A stretch of 64,000 nt of DNA from Rhizodiscina lignyota (taxonomy: Eukaryota): assembly GCA_010015805.1 (NCBI GenBank), contig ML978122.1, positions 1,894,453 to 1,958,452 of the forward strand, given 5' to 3'. The translations under genes were made by a program, and so were the position numbers. Shown in pieces: positions 58,270 to 64,000 of this stretch. The notes below the pieces were generated by a model, which saw nothing but the letters and a program-made list of their open reading frames with translations, was not told the DNA's origin and made no database searches. Numbering within the stretch: the first letter of the stretch is position 1; the number at the start of each line of letters is the position of its first letter.

Positions 58270-61200
58270 TTATGAGCGATTGGAATGTAACGACTCCACG
58301 AGCTTCTTTGGCAGTAGGCGGGTGCGTCGACGGCTGATGCTTCGCCAGTGTTAGATATAACGTTGCTGAGATTCCCGAACGGGATGGCTTACCTAGACTC
58401 CCCATCCTCAGCAGTGCCATCTTTGCCGTCATTGCTGCTATGCTTGGAACCCAGGCTGAAGTGGCGACCGATGGAATGCCTTCTGAGTGACGTACGATCC
58501 GACTGCGATAATTTCATCAGTACATATCTTGCAAAACAAACAACTTCCTGGACTTACCGCTGCTTCCACGACCACAGTCGGCGGAGACGAATCGGAGGTC
58601 TTTTGAACGGGGGTGACACTTCCATTGCGCTCGGTCCTGTCTCGCATGATCAAGCCCAGGCCTACGCCGTTTGCCTCGCTTGCGCTAGAGTTGTGGGATA
58701 CAGATCGGCTAATCTCACGACTAAGCTCGCGGCTAAGCTCGCTCTCTGCGAAAGACCTCCTTGGCTCATCTAGCGCGTTCGGGCTATCATCTCGCATGCT
58801 GTTGCTCTCACTCGTGTTGTTGGAGTGGAATTCGCTCGGTGTTGCCGCGCCTAGTAAGGTCGAGCTGTTTGCAATCTCACGGAGGCGTGTCTGTTGCTGC
58901 TTGTTGGGCCTATGATGACTGAACTTGTTGCCGATGATTGTGCCGATGTGAGCGACCAGCGCACGAGTGACTTCCTTCTTCAGCTGGAGGAAGAGATCGA
59001 GATTTGACCAGGTCTTGTTGCGATATTCTAGTGTCGGCATACGGAACACCAAATCATGCACATCTTCAATGTTCCGTTGACCCTTCCCTTTGTAGCTGAG
59101 GCAAAGCACCATACTTGGTATCTTCACGTAAGCCAAGGTCATGTAATTGGAGGCTCTGTAGAGCATCTGGGCGAGGTCGTCTGATCTCTCCTTCTTTTTT
59201 TGTTGCTTGTCCCCGCTATTGGACCTTGCCACTGAGAAGCGCCGCGATCTATCGAGCTCTGCACTTGGCTTCGTCGCAGAAAAATTGGAGACTGTTCGAT
59301 TGCTTCCTGGTCGTGATGACAAGGCTTCTGAAGATAAGTCACGTCGTAGCAGGCTCTTTCGCATACCTGCCCGGCCAAGATGCGTAAGATCGGTGTGACT
59401 CGAACTCCTGCCAAATCTCCCTCTGCCGGATGACTTCGGTCGGTGGTGCTCATTGAGGGTCAGCGTAGGTTGTAGTCGAAGCGCTAAGTCGTCTCCTGCT
59501 GGCGATTGCTCCACGCTTTTCGGGGTGCTCGTGGCAGACTCAGGAAAGAGGAGAGCTGGTGAGCCCAAGCCCTCCGTGTTGACTGAGGTGGTATCATCCT
59601 CATCTGTTTCCTGCTGAGCTGGAAGCGCATGCTTGACCATAAAGGGAGAGAAACCTCCATCTCCGAAATTCCCATGACCAACGCCGGGAAAAACGTATTC
59701 AAAAAGCTTGACGCCGACATCATGTTCGAGTTGGATGCGAAGCGGATAAACGTTGATCTCAAAGTGATCCATTACAGGAATACCAGCAATAGCCTCCAAC
59801 ATCAACCATTGTATCCGCAACATTTTCATGTCCGCGTTATCTTGATAGGCCGATTTCTCATCGAAAAAGGGCGCAATCATTTCAGGATATATTGCGCTCG
59901 GTAGGAGATTGAGCCCGTGAATGCTGCCAATTTCCATGATATTGTGGTTGGAGCCGTCGGTGTTGTCGGTGCGATCGTAGATTGCGTCTTTGAGCTGAAG
60001 CTCGACCAGTGACTCGTCTTGTCCGCGAATCAAATGCCAGACCAGCTCCGATGCGGATATGTACCATCTCAATAGGCCTGTCGATTGAGAAGCCTGCGCA
60101 CGATCTTCGTATTTCCGTTGTGAAGTTGTAATAGCCTTCATGATGAAGAATAACTCGTCCTCGCAAGCCGCGAGATCATGCTCCAAGACGATGCGTTCTT
60201 TCCATCCCTGCCGGTCAAGGGCCTTCTCCTGAAGCTGGAAATGCAACTTCAGCTCTTCCATCTGCCGAATGCGCTCTTGAAGTCTGATGACCATCTCTGG
60301 CGCTCCTGTGAGGTCACTGAAGTCTGATGCCAACATGATCTTTTCCAAACGTTCATTACGGGTCTTCTCCAAGGGCTCGCTGTAAAGCAAGAGGTCCAGT
60401 ACAATTATGTACAATGCATAATACTGGCCGGAGTCGCAGATGGCTCGGACATGAGGAAACTCGATCCAGAGGTGGTCTATGCGCTCCTCTAAACTGTCAG
60501 TGCGTTTGCCTTGCGTAGACTGTTCCTTGCTGACGTCGTCATTGTACTTAAGACGCAACGTGTTGTACTTGTCGTAACGAAGAGTCGCAGATGTACGTTG
60601 TACAACCCGGTTGAAGCCATATGGGTCCACCTTAAAGTCAAACATGACCTCTAGCGGCACCCAAGGAGGCCATGCCGATCCTGCTGGGGCACCGTATTTG
60701 TTGCCTGAGTACATGTGTAAATACTCCGAGCCGAAGGTCGAGGAATTCGTAGCAAACATCTGAAGATTTTCCATATTGCCAAAGAAGCGCCTTTGGACCA
60801 GACCGCTAATTTCATCCGCAACGCGGTCTTTGTCCATAATCTGGATGATCTTGAGCTGCATTCCCTTGGCTGTGACAAGAACGGCATTTTTAGTGCTCTT
60901 TTCACTCTGCAATTGGATCTGCGGCGCAATCAAGCGCATGAAATACGAATTTTGAGCGGTGAAGTCGTGTGAGATGTTCTGCGCGTTCGCATCTCCAGGC
61001 TTGTGGCCGTCACCTGCTGCAGGATCATCGGCTTGAACAAATTTCTTGCCGTCTTCGAGCAATTGCTGGATGCGATCCTGGACCTCGATTTCTTCATCTG
61101 CAGTGGGAGACGACACACTTGGCGTACGGGCTGGATCGCCTGAAACGGAAGCTGTTTGCGCTTTGTTCTTCTTCTGTTCCTCGATAATATCCAGAATGAA

Positions 61201-64000
61201 CTTGACTGAGCTTCGCGACATGTAGTATACGAAACCACGTCGCTGGCTCACTTGGTGAATATATCGAAGGATGATGTTCCGCAGTGAATTTGTCCACTTG
61301 AGCTGGACATTATGGACAACGAATCGGTTGTTGAAGTCGCTCACATAGTCTGCTATCGGCGAAGAGTCCATTGCTTCGGCTTCATCATCGGACAGATCGT
61401 ATTCTTTAGCTTCGAAGAATCGCTCCTCCTCATTCTCGTCCGGAATCGCCCGGTGATCATCTGTATCCAGGCGTTTCCTTAATGTCTTGAGCATGCTTAG
61501 CAGGAAGTCCTTCTTCATCTGAAGCGTCTCTGCATGCGTGTTGAGATGTTCTAGGCTCTCTTTCACTTTTGTCTGGCTAGCTGTGTCACGGACCGCTTCA
61601 AGCTCATGCTTCCCTGTGACTTTTTTGTTGTGAGCGATTTGCTCGTCAATCCGGTCCACTCGATCCTGAATGAGGCGACATTGGACCAGACGAGGGTCAT
61701 TGCGCGTTGTCATGACACAGAAATGAGTTGGCTCGTTGCCGAATGGACTCGATCTTCCTGGGTCGCCATTGATTACGTTGCCATGGTCGGTTTGTCGGAA
61801 GTATGTGAAACGAGGCGCGTAAGCTAAAGGTAGGATTTGGACCTCTGGACTCGACCCCGCGGGAAGCAAGTCGTCGAGCTCCACAAAATCATCCATGTCA
61901 ATCCAACTTGGATCTTCATCAGGAATCGTGAATCGCGACAGGTCTAGCTTGAAAACACCCTGCTGGGCGTATGCCTGCTGCGTCTCTTCAGCTGCTTCGT
62001 CCATATTCTCTCCTCCTGGCCCATCAACGACCGCAGACACAGCGCGAGTGTCCATACCAATAAGGTCGAGCTGTGCTTGGTTGATCTTGATTGCACTTGT
62101 CTTGCTCGTCTTACTAACGCCCTCGACTTGCGTCCTGAAAACCTCGCGCCTTTGATGCAAGTCAAGCATGAAGCTATCGAGCTTCGTCTTTAGCCCGGTC
62201 GCATGTTCTTTGCCCTGGCCCAATTCATCGGATTCCTTGTGCTTGTAGATGTGGCTCAAGTACAATGGAGAGAAAAGAAGGCTGTATTTGATCGTCGCAA
62301 GATGCCGTCCGAATTTCTTGCTTGATTTTCCAGGACCAGGCCAGATCTTCCCTTGATGCACAGGTAACGACATGGCGCCGGAGAACATTTTCCACCAGCT
62401 GAAGAAATGGGAGAAGAATAGTGGTGTAAGGTGGACACTATTGTAATGTGTGGACGGCTCTAGATTGGTGACCGACCAGTCACGATCAACGGGCGCCGCA
62501 ATTCCAACCGACATGTGTATGTGGTGGCTCCGGAAACCACGGAACGCATCATACGGTCTGCCATTATGCGGTTTCGCGTACTTCGGGTTTTTCAATACCA
62601 CTTGATAATGCGGTAGAAACTCGAATGAACGTCCACCACTATCGGTGTTGCGCTCGAATACCAGACCGGCTGACCATCGGACATTCCCATGCAGCTTCAT
62701 GACTGTCTTCTGGAACATCTTATCATGGCTGCCAGAAGACGACCCTGAAAGACTGCTTCGAGTATCCGAGGCATCAGACTTTAGAGAGTTTCGAACGTAG
62801 AAGTTTGCATCCGGAATTGCGAGGACATAATCGTCACTGTCTACGGTCATGAAATTTTTCGGATCGGGGTCTTGGCAGATGTTCCAGAGCACGTTCTTTC
62901 TCCAGCACATGACAAATCCAGCACCGTCGCCGATGATGTCGTATGGATCCCTCGTGCCTTTGAGTATAAGATGTACGTCGCCATCTCCTGCCCAGGCAAC
63001 TTTCACTCGTGAATGGAACGACAGTCTGATCTTATCCCAGAACCCGACACGCTCCGAGGGATCTACTGCAGGTTTTGTAAAGCTTTCAATGACTTGCATA
63101 GTGTCTTGGATAGCTGGCTGATACGAGACACCCCATGTGATCTTGGTCGGGTTACTCGTGTTGATGTTGGCGGCAATATCCGAATAGGTCTTGATGGCTG
63201 CAATAGTTCGCCGAACATTGACTGTGTAGCCCTGGCCCTCATTGTCTGATGTAGTGCTGTCGGGTGGCACCACGACCACATCAACCCTGCGGATCGACTG
63301 CTCATCGCGGAATTCCTCGGCGATCACAAAGTCAGCCTTTAGCGAAAGACTGCCTTGTTTATGAGATTGTCCATAGGCAAGCGCTGGGACATGGAGTAAA
63401 GGAAGCGGGTAATCTCGAAGAGTGACACGAGCTTCCCCCATTCCAAGCTGCACGCTAGTTGGAATCAGCAGACCGTACTTCATGTCATACGGCATGCCCT
63501 TTCCAATACGATGCAAGAACTCTGGGTAGTCGTTTAATGGGAAGGATGGTTTGTCAATCAAAATGCTCAGATCGCTGATCTCGACGGCCATAAGTGCTGG
63601 TCGTTGGGGTACCGCCAAGATCATCTCCGGCTGCTCAACGTCGTCCGGGATATCATCCAAAATGCCAAAGCTGTGGCGGATGTCTTTCATTCCCCGATTC
63701 TGGAAGTTCATGTTGTGATCGATCCTCCGCTTCCAGCTTTGTGCATTGAGTTTCAAGAGTTGATCCCAAGCTTGGTCAATGCTTCGATGCGACTGGTCGC
63801 TCATCTCGCAAGTGCCTTCCGCATCATAGTGCATACGTCGGCCGCGTCGTTCTTGACGAGGAGGAGAAGGTTCACGCTCTCGCTCAGTGCCATCTTCACT
63901 TTGACTCCGTCGCTTAGGCTCTTCCTTGTGCCTTCGACGTATCCGGCCGCGTGGACTTTTGGTTCGCATATTGTGCGCAGACTGGGTTCTGAACCTAGAG
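58270..64000 (-). CDS. FMP27: Fmp27/Hobbit (BLTP2) bridge-like lipid transfer protein, 5' part beyond the window
   Basis: Family motifs PSERVGFWDKIRLSFH, DAFRGFRSHHIH, SKKFGRHLATIKY, RLIAPQIQLQSE, WPPWVPLEV, LCLSYKGKG and PTLEYRNKTWS. Terminal introns 58557-58503 and 58392-58340 give ...RRRTRLLPKKLVESLHSNRS* with the stop at 58272-58270. Confidence 0.93.

Noticed and set aside
58438..58557. ORF-track C-terminus of FMP27 (VSPGSCLFCKIC...)
   Set aside because: This is read-through into intron 58557-58503. Splicing gives a different C-terminus ending at 58270.

Overview
Gene-dense eukaryotic DNA from a filamentous ascomycete (Pezizomycotina; a Dothideomycete is my inference). The evidence is short GT-AG introns with CTRAC-like branch points, a HET-domain gene and a KMT6/EZH2 gene. 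I can support about 19 protein-coding genes, in order: DHA1-type MFS transporter (runs off the left edge), 1-Cys peroxiredoxin, Ral2/Mds3-like kelch protein, sugar-porter MFS, HET-domain protein, succinate-semialdehyde dehydrogenase, PBDC1/Chp1, Ste6-like ABCB exporter, Tri12-like MFS, Spc7/KNL1, KMT6, a bZIP factor followed upstream by a ~7 kb gene-poor region, NOG2, mitoribosomal mS26-like protein, a degenerate-forkhead + F-box-like protein, RAD2/XPG, ELP2, URM1 and FMP27/Hobbit (runs off the right edge). The long NOG2 intron holds an H/ACA snoRNA (snR191/U19 type) whose two guide pockets can be read directly. I found no transposon, tRNA, rRNA or CRISPR array. The best leads are: (1) ELP2 and URM1, two arms of tRNA wobble-U34 modification, head-to-head 220 bp apart; (2) a spliced, AUG-less in-frame N-terminal extension of the Ral2-like gene; (3) a forkhead-like/F-box-like fusion with a remodelled recognition helix. 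Exon boundaries were worked out by hand, and family calls rest on motif recognition, not database searches.
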